In this document: positions 12,564 through 23,898 of the stretch, one piece after another
Position numbering within the stretch: the first letter of the stretch is position 1
Layout of the letters: every line of letters starts with the position of its first letter
Source of the DNA: Malacoraja senta
Taxonomy: Eukaryota
Direction: 5' to 3'
DNA: 64,000 nucleotides
Assembly (NCBI GenBank): GCA_038087875.1
Contig: CM075996.1
Span: 3,474,001 to 3,538,000, forward strand
Notes under the pieces: model-generated
What the model was told of the DNA's origin: nothing
The model's input: only the letters and a program-made list of their open reading frames with translations
Databases searched by the model: none
Program-made: the position numbers and the translations under genes

Positions 12564-12934
12564 TCTGTTAACACATTCTGTTAAAATGCATTCTTATAGT
12601 TATAAATGCAGTTAAATAGTTAAATAGATAAGGGAGCAGAATTTGCTGAGGTACATAATTTGATATAAGGATATGATTATCGACACGTATTAAAAAAAAT
12701 TCCTAAGTCTCAACAATTAGAACATTTCATTGAGACCTCAAGTAAGTAGTTAATTCCCGTGTAAATAAAACACAACGGTGTGTGCAGGAAATCTAAAATA
12801 AAAACAGAAAATGTGGAAATACTCAGCAAGTTAGGCTGCATCTTTGGGAAGAGAAACAAGGTTACGTTTCAGGTCGAATACTCTTTGACAGAAGTGCCTC
12901 ATAATTTACAAAGAGCCTGTGGATCACTTGATTT

Positions 12935-13241
12935 GAATCACTTCCCTCTGGAAGGCGGCTCCGGACTGTCAAAGCTGCCACAGCCAGACATAAAAACAGT
13001 TTTTATCCACGAGTAGTTGATCTACTCAACAGCCAAAAATCTGTAGCCTCCCTTTGATCTGGTATTTTGTTGGTTCACATGCTTGATTAATCGTGTTTTA
13101 TCATTAATGTCTTATTATTATTAATGTTTAGTGTTTTCTGAGTTATTCGTAACTGTCACTGCATGTCATGTTACTTGTGGGTGGAGCACCAAGGCAAATA
13201 CCTTGTATGTGAATACTTGGCCAATAAACTTACTTACTTAC
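12935..13241 (+). mobile_element. Rex1/Babar LINE 3' fragment
   Basis: Matches 32200-32490 (CACTTCCCTCTGGAAGG...GGAGCACCAAGGCAAAT...GGCCAATAAACTTA); tail (CTTA)n. Confidence 0.75.
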
Positions 13242-14009
13242 TGGATTTGGAGAGTATCAGACCTTGTAAATGGATTATCAACAAAATTAATAAAGAGGTG
13301 AAAAAAAGAAATCTGGCAAGAATGACAAAGCTGTGAGAGCTTCCACAAGCATGTAAAAAAGCAGATGTTCACAACATGTTGGCTGGTGTGGGGAAGTTGG
13401 GCCGAAGGGCCTGTTTCCACACTGTATCACTCTATGACTCTATGAAAGCAAACTTAATGGAGCTTGAGGGGCTAGAGAGATAGCACATCGACATTGACAG
13501 GGGAAATTTAATAAGGGATGAGGAAATCCAACACCAAATATTTTGCATATGACATAAATAAATGACCAGGAATTGTGGAGTGCTGCAAATTAGTATCCAA
13601 TAAGTAAAATAATCAGCGTTGTCAATAATACTAAATAAAAAGGATTGGAAAAAAATAATGAGACTAGATAGATAGAAACTTTATTTGCTACACGACCAGG
13701 GTTGGTGGTAATTGGGTTCGGTACATGATGGTACACTGCTTTAGCACATTAACACTAATAACAACACAGATCATAATAATAAAGCACATCACAAATCACA
13801 AATCTCACCAACAATACATAGTGCAAAAGAACAGACAAAAACCATAGACAAGACACTGTATACATCAAAGTCAAAAAGTTATTGGAGGGAATTAAGTGTT
13901 CTTATTGCTGAGGGGAAGAAACTGTTTTTAAAACGGGTGGATTTTGTAGCAAAACTGATAAACCCTCTGTACCTCAGTGTCTAGTCTGTTTCTTTAAAAG
14001 AGTTGGCTC

Positions 14010-14640
14010 CAGAGAAATTGAATTTAATATTATCAACCTGAGCTAGTTCCTTATAGTTTGGAACTGTCCAGTGGATTGGAAGATGGAAAATATCGTAATG
14101 TTATCCAAGAATGGAGATAAAGCAGGAGAGTAATTTATTACAGGGCTGTCAGATATTGTGAAAATATTATAATCCATAATAAAGGAATTTGTAACAGGGC
14201 GCTTAGAAAATTTAATGAGAAGGTGGAGTTGGTATGTTTACGAATTTTAATGGCGTGTTGATGAAATAACTAGTAGATAAGCGGTAACCTGTGAAAACAG
14301 CACATCTGAATAGTCAAAATGCAAAGATAATGTGCTACACAATAGGTTTATTATTCAAAGAGCTCATGGAGAGGGAAGTGGTGAATTTGCATGGATAGTG
14401 GATTGGTTAAAGGATAAAAGGCAGTGAATAGAAATAAACAGCTCATTGTCTGGTTGACAAACTATTACCATCAGAATGGTACAGGGCCAGTGCCGGCTTT
14501 CTGCTCCATTACAATTCACAATATAGATGAAGGGACTGGCTGCAGTGTCTCCAACATTTGCTGATGAGACGATAGTTGGAAATATGCGCTGTGAGGATAC
14601 AAAAACATTCCAAAGGGGCACAGATAGAGCCGTCCATTTC
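14010..14640 (+). pseudogene. Old, heavily degraded CR1 RT fragment
   Basis: Frame-broken remnants resembling GTVPVDWK.(A)N, WIVDWLKDKRQ and FADETIVG; many indels and stops. Confidence 0.55.
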
Positions 14641-15305
14641 CTACTCAAGGGCAATTAGGTATGGGCAATAAATGCAGGTCCCTGATAAGGAATCTAGAAT
14701 CAAGTTGGCAGATGGGGCATAATTTGGAGAAATGTTTGATTCTTTACTTTGGTGGCAAAATAGGAAAAGAAAATTGGGCAGATCCACACTTGCTGCAATT
14801 GATTTGACCTCATCAGCAACTGGCTCTGGCGATTTTTGGAGATTGGATGCAACAATCAAGGAGGGAAGAGAAGAGGTTTCAAGGTTTACTGGTAATGTTG
14901 CTTAAATTGTCTTTATTGCATTGAAGCTGCTAAATAACTGCAAATTGTTGGAATTGACGCTTGGGAAATAAAACACTTTACACCATTCACAAAGTCTGAG
15001 CAAAACCATTAGACAACCCTGAATTGTATACATAAAGGGCTTAACATTTGAAAGTACATTTGCCTGACATGCACTTTGAGTATAAGGGAGATGAAGGTTT
15101 TGGTGATAGGGGAGGGCAGGGGATAAGATAACCCTAATGGCTTGAAATCCATGGGATGGGCAAGAGGAGGAGAAAAGATGGAACCAAACGAAGACTAAAT
15201 AATGACACAGATGTTGGAATCTTGAGCAAAAATATAAACCACTGGTAGAACTCAGCGCCACATCGTGGAGGATATGGACAGATGACGTTTTTGATCGGGA
15301 TCCTT

Positions 15306-16290
15306 TTTTTTTGTTTTGTTTATTTTATTAGAAGTTAATACAATACAAAACAATACAGTGGCACCTAATTTTAGGTGCCAACTATGTCATAACGTAATGC
15401 ATTCTATGTACAACCTCTAGTGTTATGTTTTTGAAAAAGGTAAAAAATAAAAAAAAATAAAGGAAAAAAAATAGAGAAAAGAAAGAGGAAAAATAAATAG
15501 TAGAAAATAGAAAAACGTGAAGTGTGTATATAAGAAAAGAAAAAATAGAAAGTGGAAATAGTAGAAAAAGACCCTTAAAAAAGAAATTTTCAAATCTTTG
15601 TTTGGAGATGTAAATCTATCCACGACCTGACCTGAAATCAGTAATCTTTACGGTACTGCTGCATCACATGATTCCAAAAAGTCGATGAAAGGTGACCAAC
15701 TCTTTAAGAATTGGTCATATTTATCTATTAGGCGGAGTCTCATTTCTTCTAGGTGTGCTATGTCCGTCATATTCCTAATCCACATTTTAATAGTTGGTAT
15801 AGCTGTATTTTTCCAAAATTTAAGTATCAATTTCTTTCCAATTATTAACCCATAATTAAAGAATACTTTTTGGTCTATGTTTAAATTGCTATCTTCTAAT
15901 ATTATTCCAAATATAATCCATTCCATATTAGGTTCTATTCTTGACTTGAAGAGCTTTGTAAATATATCAAATATATCGCTCCAAAATTTATTCAACTTTG
16001 TACATCCTACAAATGAATGTGTTATATTGGCATTTTGAAACAAACATTTATCGCATCTGGGAGAGACATTTGGGTAAAATTTATTCAAGCTCGTTTTTGA
16101 ATAATATAGTCTATGTAATAATTTAAATTGAATTAAATTATGTCTTGCATTAATGGAACAATTATGTGTATTCATCAGATACTTTTCCCATCTATCTTTC
16201 GGGATCTTTATCATTAGTTCATGTTCCCAATCTTCTCTTAGTGCCTCTGTTGAGGGTAATTCTCTATTTAATATACTATTATAAAAATAG
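15306..16290 (-). mobile_element. 5'-truncated L1/Tx1-clade LINE with poly(A) tail and 13-bp TSD
   Basis: ORF2 C-terminus with a CCHC-like region (RCDKC...THSFVGC); T-rich 3' UTR; AATAAA plus A-tail at ~15306-15330; TSD GATCGGGATCCTT at 15293-15305 and 16291-16303. Confidence 0.88.
15648..16290 (-). pseudogene. L1/Tx1 ORF2 C-terminal fragment (zf-RVT-like); the track's start codon lies outside the element
   Basis: IQFKLLHRLYYS...CDKC...THSFVGC...FW...W..F motifs typical of fish L1/Tx1 ORF2 ends. Confidence 0.8.
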
Positions 16291-16901
16291 GATCGGGATC
16301 CTTCTTCAGACAAAATGATGCCAAGCTTGGAATTGATTACCCATAAGGTGGAGGATGGAGGAGGAAAACATTCAAAGTGTGGGGAGGAGTTCCCAGCTTT
16401 AGGTATGAATCGTAGTAGGACACATTAGGATGAAGTGTGCTGGTGTTAGTGCAGAAGAAAAATAAAAGCACAAAGGGAAATGGATGGAGGATACGGAAGC
16501 AGCAAGACAAAAAATCTGGCGATAGTTTGCTTGCAGGAAATGAGACCGACTGATGGGTTATGGAGATTGTATAATTTCATTTTGACATTTGTGTCTCAGA
16601 ATTAGCTATGACTCGCACAGCACTGGATATGAGTGTGCTGCTCATTTTTACTCACTGCATCCTCTGGGGGTATAGGAACTGGAACAAGCATTAGTCACAC
16701 TGAAGCGGATGTGAATGATTGTTCCACTGTGTCAAATGCCTGCTGCATTTACAGTGCAGATTCGCAGTGATGCAAGACTGTACAATACTGGAGAACATGG
16801 AAGGGATGACCATTGGCATCTTCAGGTTAAAAAACCCCCAAAAGGAATCTGGATATTGTTAGAGGTTAACAAAAAACATGGCAGAGGCTGGGGTTGGGAA
16901 G

Positions 16902-17381
16902 TATACTCCCCTACTTTGACAAAAGGAAGCAACTGACAAAAATACAACTGGAAATACAGCGCGGAAACAGGTCCTTCAGTCCACCGAGTCCACGCTGACC
17001 AGCGATCACCTCATACATTAGCACTATCCTACTATCCTACACAGTAGGGACAATTTACATTTTTTTTAACCGAAGCCAATTAACCTGCATACCTGTACAT
17101 CCTTGGAGTGTGGGAGGAAACCGAGAAAATCCACGCAGTCATCAGGAGAACGTACAAACTCTGTACAGATATCTTGTAAATGAAGAAAACGTGTTTTTCT
17201 TTCAGCTCTCTGTGATGGAGTTTCTCACATCTCTGGTAAAAAATAATTTCAAATTGTACTCAGAGAAGGACTTATTTTGTTCACCATTGTGTAGAGCATA
17301 TCTCAAATACCCTAAAACAAGCAATAACTCAATTTAGACAAAATTGTCAGTTGCTTCCTTTTGTCACATTAGGGCAGTATA
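16902..17381. mobile_element. Putative MITE with ~38-bp TIRs and TA ends, containing a SINE fragment
   Basis: TATACTCCCCTACTTTGACAAAAGGAAGCAACTGACAA (16902-) is inverted at TTGTCAGTTGCTTCCTTTTGTCACATTAGGGCAGTATA (-17381). Confidence 0.55.
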
Positions 17382-17994
17382 GAGCAAACACATCCACCCA
17401 CAACACACCTCTTTCACTCATTCTGTCTCTCACACATACACACTCATAGAGTCATACCACAATAAAGGAAACTGTAACATATATGTTGTTTGTAATATGA
17501 TACGAGAATAATAATAGATCCTTTAATATCTCAACCCCTTTAATATTTCATGTGACCAAATAAGTCCCCTTATTGTAACAGTATATGGTGGTAGAAAATT
17601 CAAGAAGGTGATTGCTGGAAAGGAAAAACATCTCGGAGATGCAGCAGGGTCTGTTTCATGAGGAAGTAGAATTATTATCTTTTTATATTAACTTAGATGA
17701 GTAGATTACAGAGATATATTATCGAAATGAAATTTCGAGGCCGAGCTTGAATTAGAATACTTAACACTAGGCAGCAACCGTGCATACTGAGACTATGAGT
17801 TGAGAATTCAACTGCATGATCAAACAACCATGGTGGGAAAGGTGGACCACGTCACAAATTGCTGAGCTGCTGGATTTCCGGATAGGTAACCTGTCCAGAG
17901 AATGTAGAGAGTAGAATGAAGAGATGATACTCAATGGCAAAGACCAATAAAATGGAAAGGAGGAAAGGAAGGATATTTTTTATACACATTGGTC

Positions 17995-18306
17995 ACTTTA
18001 GACTTTGGAAATACAGCGCGGAAACAGGTCCTTCAGTCCACCAAGTCCACGCTGACCAGCGATCACCTCATACATTAGCACTATCCTACTATCCTACACA
18101 GTAGGGACAATTTACATTTTTTTTAACCGAAGCCAATTAACCTGCAAACCTGTACATCCTTGGAGTGTGGGAGGAAACCGAGAAAACCCACGCAGTCATC
18201 AAGAGAACGTACAAACTCTGTACAGATGGCACCCGTAGTCAGGATCAAACCTGGGTCTCTTGCGCTGTAGGGCAGCAACTCTACCGTTGTGCCACTGTGC
18301 CGCCCT
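17995..18306 (-). mobile_element. tRNA-derived SINE (HE1/V-SINE-like), full length
   Basis: Minus-strand head GGGCGGCACAGTGGCACAACGGTAGAG with box B-like GGTTTGATCC; central GGGTTTTCTCGGTTTCCTCCCACACTCCAA; CR1-type tail GAAGGACCTGTTTCCGCGCTGTAT. Confidence 0.8.
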
Positions 18307-19000
18307 GGGGAGGAAAATTGTACCATAACATAAATCCCTCAAGTAAGAACCAGGAGAAAACATTTGATGCCTTAGAAAAACATTGCATCTCACCTGGAAA
18401 TGAAATGATTGACCTATTTGGCCATTGGTTCCTTGCTAGCCACCAGGATTAGGGCAAAACCTTTGATAGTTTTGTAATGGAGCTAAAATTGTTAAGGAGA
18501 TAATTGCAATTTTGACATCTGAACGACACACACATCAGAAATTGGGATTATTTGTGGAATGCAGAACAGACCACAGTTTAAATGTTTCAGATTTTATGGA
18601 ATGTAGATGGCTGATAAACAAAAAAGATGTTGCATGTGAGAAAATGCATGAATTATGTGGTTTTAAATTTCACTTCCATGACTTCCATGAGAGTTGCAGT
18701 AAAAGTATGTGGCTCAACTAGGTCAATTTTTGATGGCCTTTCAGAGTCAACCACATCAGTGGGTTTGGAGACATAAAATAGTAAGATTAAATGAGAACTT
18801 ACCAGTTTGAAGTTTGATCTGTATTTTATGAGGAGTTACGATGAGGGATTACGTGAAGAGCCGGTCCAGCACGCATGCGCGACATTCTTCAAAGCAGCGG
18901 TGTGGAATCACAGGAAACACAACAATTGAAATAAACATAGTAAAGAAAAGGAGAACTAAGATACCAGTTGATCTCTATATTTGAGGGTGGGAGCGGAGGG

Positions 19001-19113
19001 CACGGAATCCCTCATCGTAACTCCTCATAAAATACAGATCAAACTTCAAACTGGTAAGTTCTCGTTTAATCTTACTATTTTACTTCGGAGTCACGTGAGT
19101 GACTACGTGAAGA
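19001..19113. repeat. DIRS internal complementary region (ICR)
   Basis: 19001-19082 is the reverse complement of 18774-18855 (2 mismatches); 19075-19113 is the reverse complement of 23539-23577. Confidence 0.92.
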
Positions 19114-19279
19114 TTTTAAAGCTCTGTGATTTCAAACCTTGTAACAGTTCATAGTTCACTCGCTGCCGAAGTGTTTCAAGGGAGGAAGTATGTTATCGTA
19201 ATCAACCATGAATCTGTTTGTAAACAATAATGGTATTTATTAAACAATAACAAAAGAAAAATGCTCCCCCGGGCTTAAA

Positions 19280-20257
19280 TTATATATTTGCAGATTCTAA
19301 AATTCTTTCTGCAAATAACACAGGTGCTGCTAGCGGCTTGTTGTAGAACGTTTGGAACATTTTCTCCATGGACCACCCTGCTGTAGCCAGGATGTGGTTC
19401 AGTGGTACGTCCATCCTTTTAGCCGCCGATGTGGATGCTGCCCTAGTGGAGTGAGATGTATATACGTCAGTATCTACTCCAGCAGCTCCCAGTACCTGCT
19501 TTAGCCACCTTGAGATGGTTTGGCTCGACACCCGACCATGTGGTTGCTTGTGGCTGACCCATAAGGCTTTTTCTCTCCCTTGGGAATCTCTTGTTGTGTT
19601 GATGTAAGTCAGTAGGTGAGTCATGACACACAACCGTGGGTCAGGTGGGTATGCCCGGAAATCCATAACTAGGCCTGAAGTTCCTGGCCTGCTCTGCTTT
19701 ACCAGCTCCTGAATGGTGAATGATACCCGGTCTGGTGTTATAACCATGTTGTCCAGTCGCAGTAAGTAGAGGGACTGGACTCTTTGTGCTGAGACTAGTG
19801 CCATCAGCATGACCGTTTTCAGGGTTAGCTGTTCCAGAGTGAGAGACCTGGCTGGTGACCACCCCCTTAGGTATGTCAGGACCACACTGACATCCCAGAT
19901 TTGGGTGTACCTAGGTCTATGGGGGTTGGAGTTGAATATACCCCTCATGAGTTTAATCACCAGCGGGTGAGACCCTATAGCCTGTTGTCCTGGTACTTGT
20001 TTTAAATAGGCTGACAGAGCACTTCTGGCAGTATTGATGGCGCTGTAGCTCAATCCTTCATTATGGTGAAGGCCAGCCAGGAACTCCACTACATTGGTTA
20101 TGGTTGCAGATGAGTACGTTGTCCCAGTAGTCGAGCAGTATCTTTCCCACTTCCTGATGCTCGATAGGTATTGTTTCCTGGTGGACATACGGTGGGACGC
20201 TGTCATCGTGTTGATGATCCTGTCAGACAACCCCAGGCCCAGCAGTGGTCTTTTCAT
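19280..20257 (-). CDS. DIRS tyrosine recombinase (open frame; first ATG at 20257)
   Basis: N-terminal SAM-like region (YSAINTARSALS); catalytic residues in AQRVQSL, KQSRPG, HSTR, AGWS and FYNKP. Confidence 0.92.
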   Translation of the reverse strand: MKRPLLGLGLSDRIINTMTASHRMSTRKQYLSSIRKWERYCSTTGTTYSSATITNVVEFLAGLHHNEGLSYSAINTARSALSAYLKQVPGQQAIGSHPLVIKLMRGIFNSNPHRPRYTQIWDVSVVLTYLRGWSPARSLTLEQLTLKTVMLMALVSAQRVQSLYLLRLDNMVITPDRVSFTIQELVKQSRPGTSGLVMDFRAYPPDPRLCVMTHLLTYINTTRDSQGREKALWVSHKQPHGRVSSQTISRWLKQVLGAAGVDTDVYTSHSTRAASTSAAKRMDVPLNHILATAGWSMEKMFQTFYNKPLAAPVLFAERILESANI

Positions 20258-22205
20258 AACCTGCAACCCAGTAGGTTAATTTTGTCATGGCATGGATGAC
20301 TTATGCCTGATACAGGGTGAGTCAATAGGTCTGGGCTACTGGGGAAGGTCATAGGAGTTTCAATGACCATGTCGAGGACCACTGGGAACCATGGCTGTGT
20401 AGGCCAGTCGGGTACTATCAAAATACCTGAAGCAGAGTCCATCTGTATTTTGCGTAGTACCCTACTGATGAGGCAGAAGGGGGGGAAAGCATAAAATAAA
20501 TAGTTTCCCCAGTTCAGCGCGAATGCATCTATCGCTGCTGCCTCAGGGTCTGGTTCCCAAGCGACATACATTGGTACCTGGTGATTTAGTCTGGATGCAA
20601 AGAGATCGATATCTGGTGTGCCATATTGCTTTGTAATTTTAGCAAAAGCTCTAGGATTTAACATCCATTCGGTGTTATCATTGAATTTGCGTGGCCTGGT
20701 GTCTGCCACTGTATTTAGCTTACCTGGTAGGTAAGTTGCTGATAGCCAAATATGTCTATCGACACACCATTGCCAGATTTTGTTGACCAAATTGTCACAT
20801 GATATCGATTTTATTCCGCCCATATGGTTAATATAGGCCACCACCGTGGTATTATCAATTTGTAAACTAACATGCAAATGGTGCATATCCGTAGAATATG
20901 CTTTTAAACCATAAAACGCACCCAACATTTCCAAGGAATTTATGCCCAGTGTTTGTAGTAAAGATGATTCTAGGTTAGTCCATCTACCACCTGTGCTGGA
21001 TATGGTATTAGTTGCTCCCCAGCCTTGAGCACTGGCATCTGTTTGTATAATTAATGTTGGGTTATTGATGATGATAGAGCTGGAACTATGCCAAATGTGT
21101 TCTATCCACCATTGTAACTCTGATATTGCTTCAATGGGTAATTTCATGGTTCGGTCAAAGTGACCTGCATGTCGTTTCAACACCTGTACTTTTGCCCTTT
21201 GTAGGTTCTGATAGTGCAGGGGTTGAAATTGTGTAGCTGGAAATGCTGCTACCATTTTGCCAATTACTCTTGCCACTTGTCGGATGGTTGGTCGATTGCT
21301 AACCATTAAATTGTTGCACGTCTGTGCCAATTCTGCTGCTTTACCTTTTGGCAACGTTACAGACATGCGGACTGAGTTAATTGTGAATCCCAGATAGTCC
21401 ATAGTTGTGAATGGCGTCAACTTAGATTTATCTGGATGTATGACAAATCCCAGGGTTTCAAACAATTGTTTGGTAGCTAATACAGCTGATTTAGCCAACT
21501 CCATGGTTTTGCCTACTATTAGGATATCATCAAGATATGCCATGACAATATGTCTTTGTTTTCTTAATGTTGCCAAGGCTGGTTTTAATATCTTGGTAAA
21601 TAGTCTAGGGGCTGATGTTAACCCATTAGGCAACGCTTTATACTGCCATAGTTGCCCCATCCAGGTAAATTTCAGGTATCTGCGATGACCCTTATGAATG
21701 GGTACTGAATAGTAGGCATCTTTTAAATCAATGCTTACCATAAAGTATCCTTTGGAAATCAGTTGTTTGGCAGTTACAAATGTTTCCATTTTGAAATGTA
21801 CATACTTAACAAAGGTATTTAGCGAGGTTAAGTCAATGATGATGCGACGTCCACCATCTTTTTTGCTTTTGGTAAATATATTTGAGACAAATTCCAAAGG
21901 TTCATGTTTGGATTTCTCAATGACACCCTTTGTAAGTAACCTCACCAGTTCTGCTTGAGCCTCTAGTTTCTCTTTGACTGAGAGGGTAAAGACCCTTTGG
22001 GGTACGTGCTGAACTGGTGGCATGTTTTCTTGAATGAACTCTATTTTGTATCCCCGAATACTGTTAAGTATATAACTATCATTCGTGAGAGACCTCCATG
22101 CTTCAATGAACAGGTGTAATCTCCCTCCTGTTAGTACAGTCCCCCCCCTTTTAAATGCTGGTAGGAACCAGACCCACCTACCTCCATAGTTATGGGAGTG
22201 TTCAT
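20254..22205 (-). CDS. DIRS Pol (RT, RNase H, methyltransferase-like); open from ~22148 to the stop, with the likely ATG at 22205 one base out of frame
   Basis: GGRLHLFIEAW..LTND upstream of the track ORF; IDLKDAYY, LPNGLTSAPRLFTK, YLDD; RNase H TDAS..GWG, INSLEM, IDNTT; MT-like IDLFAS, YAFPPF, PDWPTQPWF. Confidence 0.9.
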
Positions 22206-23395
22206 TGCTTCTGTTTCTTCATCCGCCGTTGTACTGCTGGATGTCCTGTTGGTTGGGGGTGGCGCATTTTCCATGGGGTCCGCTCTGGGCCCTGGCCTAA
22301 AAAAGGCTTTCGGGGATGGAATGCGGACCCCGAGCTTTCACCAGTCCTGAATGTTTGTCGTCGACTGGTGGACGCGGTGGGGTACTGCCGTCTGGGTTGT
22401 GTGGGTCTGCTCGTTCCGGGGCCTGCCCTCATGAGGCCAAATGCTATGGACTCTTCCTCCAGGTCTTTCACTTGTCAAGTCCTTTCCAAATAACAGGATC
22501 TGCGGCTCTGAGGCCGGTGTTGTACACAGTCCTGCATATTTGGGATTGAGGGCAGGTCTTATTCTCTCCTTGCGGAGGTTGTTTATCTCATATTGAGTGT
22601 TGCACAGCAGAGCCAGAGTGTCTTGCTGGTTGGTGGTCATCCACCGCATCCACGGAACGAGCATAGGATGTTATCCTTGTCGTCAGGAGCTTGAGGATAC
22701 GTGTAATTCTAGCTCCTGTTTCCAGATACTCTGTCCAACATACCCCCAGATTTTTCTTCTTATAGGGGTTTGAGGGACAGGTGGTTAATGCTGGCCGCCA
22801 GTTTTCGCTGCAACGGCCACCCTGCTCGTGGTATAACCACGTAGCGATTCACCACACCCAGCAGCTCTTCCTGATCCTGTACCCCAAGCGTACTCCCGAC
22901 ATCTTCAGCCAATGACCCCTGTTCCTGACCAGCCCAGCCCTGGTCGCCAACGCTGCCCTCGGCTGAGGGGGAAACGATGGCCAATGCATTGTAGAGCACT
23001 GATGTGGGAGTGCCTGAGTTCCCTTGGCGAGACTGCTCCAGCTCCCGAAGCAAGTCTCGCTGGAGCATTTGCTCCATGAGCCTTTCCATGCGGCTCAGGC
23101 GGCTAGCTCTGCCGCTCTAAGGCGGAGAGTCCTCCTCATTGGAGTCAGAAATAACCGGCCGGTTAGTTTTTTGTCTTGATTTGCCTCCAGTCCGCTGCTG
23201 TTGGTCAGGCTGTGCTAGCGGTACTGGGCTCGGCTCGGTCTCAATGAGGGTGTGCCGCAGCATGTACGGTCCAGGTGCCGCCTCTCGCCCCCCACTGATG
23301 GGACACTCCCGTTCCGTTGGAGTCGAACGGGGGGCGGTCTTTTTCCCTTGCCGTGCTTTGCTCAGTTTCCCCAGCTTCTTGCCTGGAATTGACAA
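22202..23395 (-). pseudogene. DIRS gag-like ORF1, disrupted by stops and frameshifts
   Basis: Pieces in several frames (23117-23395, 22760-23089, 22338-22664, 22202-22471), including DTLALLCNTQYEINNLRKERIRPALNPKY and LLFGKDL, upstream of pol. Confidence 0.75.
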
Positions 23396-23898
23396 AGCAG
23401 AGCAAAGGTTCTTGAATACGACCTCAGAGTAATACTTACCTGATGGTCCGTTTAAACTTGTAGCGGGAGCGCCTGTACTCCCGTTCGTCGCTGTTGCACT
23501 GCGTGAACGCTAATGTCGCGCATGCGTGCTGGACGGGCTCTTCACGTAGTCACTCACGTGACTCCGAAGTAAAATAGACCAGATATCTCCACTTGGTCTG
23601 GTGACAGTGTTATCATGAGGTGCTGCCTTTGTTCATTGCCGGAGATTCCCACTTGAATCTGGAAAGAAGTGTGAGGCACTACTGTGTAGACCAGTCATGG
23701 GGCTTTCTCTTTTTTTGTGAACCTCATATGGTTTTACAATGAGTGGTTTCGTGAACATTATTCCTACAGCTATATCTGCTCCTTTAAAACAAATCTAGAT
23801 TATTGACTGGATTTAAATTTTATAAAACCCACAGTGATCTTGAATGCAAGTCTTCGGATTGTTTAGCAAGGCAACTGGATCACCGGGCTGGTAATTAA

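Larger units (their letters stand above)
18774..23577 (-). mobile_element. Full-length DIRS1-type tyrosine recombinase retrotransposon
   Basis: ITR 18852-18886 is inverted to 23512-23546. The ICR at ~19001-19113 is complementary to both outer ends. Gene order gag-like, RT-RNaseH-MT, YR. Confidence 0.95.

Noticed and set aside
3829..12574. Many overlapping 60-170 aa ORFs in GC-rich blocks
   Set aside because: They arise from stop-poor GC-rich repeat copies; frames are not conserved between the three copies.
15423..15623. Hydrophobic Phe-rich ORF resembling a membrane peptide
   Set aside because: Translation of the T-rich L1 3' UTR.
17995..18306. tRNA genes at SINE heads (also 46384 and 59738)
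   Set aside because: Only box A/B-like motifs are present, continuing into the SINE body; no complete cloverleaf.
20254..20700. Stand-alone DNA methyltransferase next to a phage-like integrase (prophage or defence system)
   Set aside because: The MT-like domain and YR are standard parts of DIRS1 retrotransposons; the ITR/ICR structure confirms this.
21407..21958. Plus-strand ORFs inside DIRS, and similar antisense ORFs over CR1 and Rex1
   Set aside because: Shadow ORFs antisense to the real RT frames, with no independent motifs.
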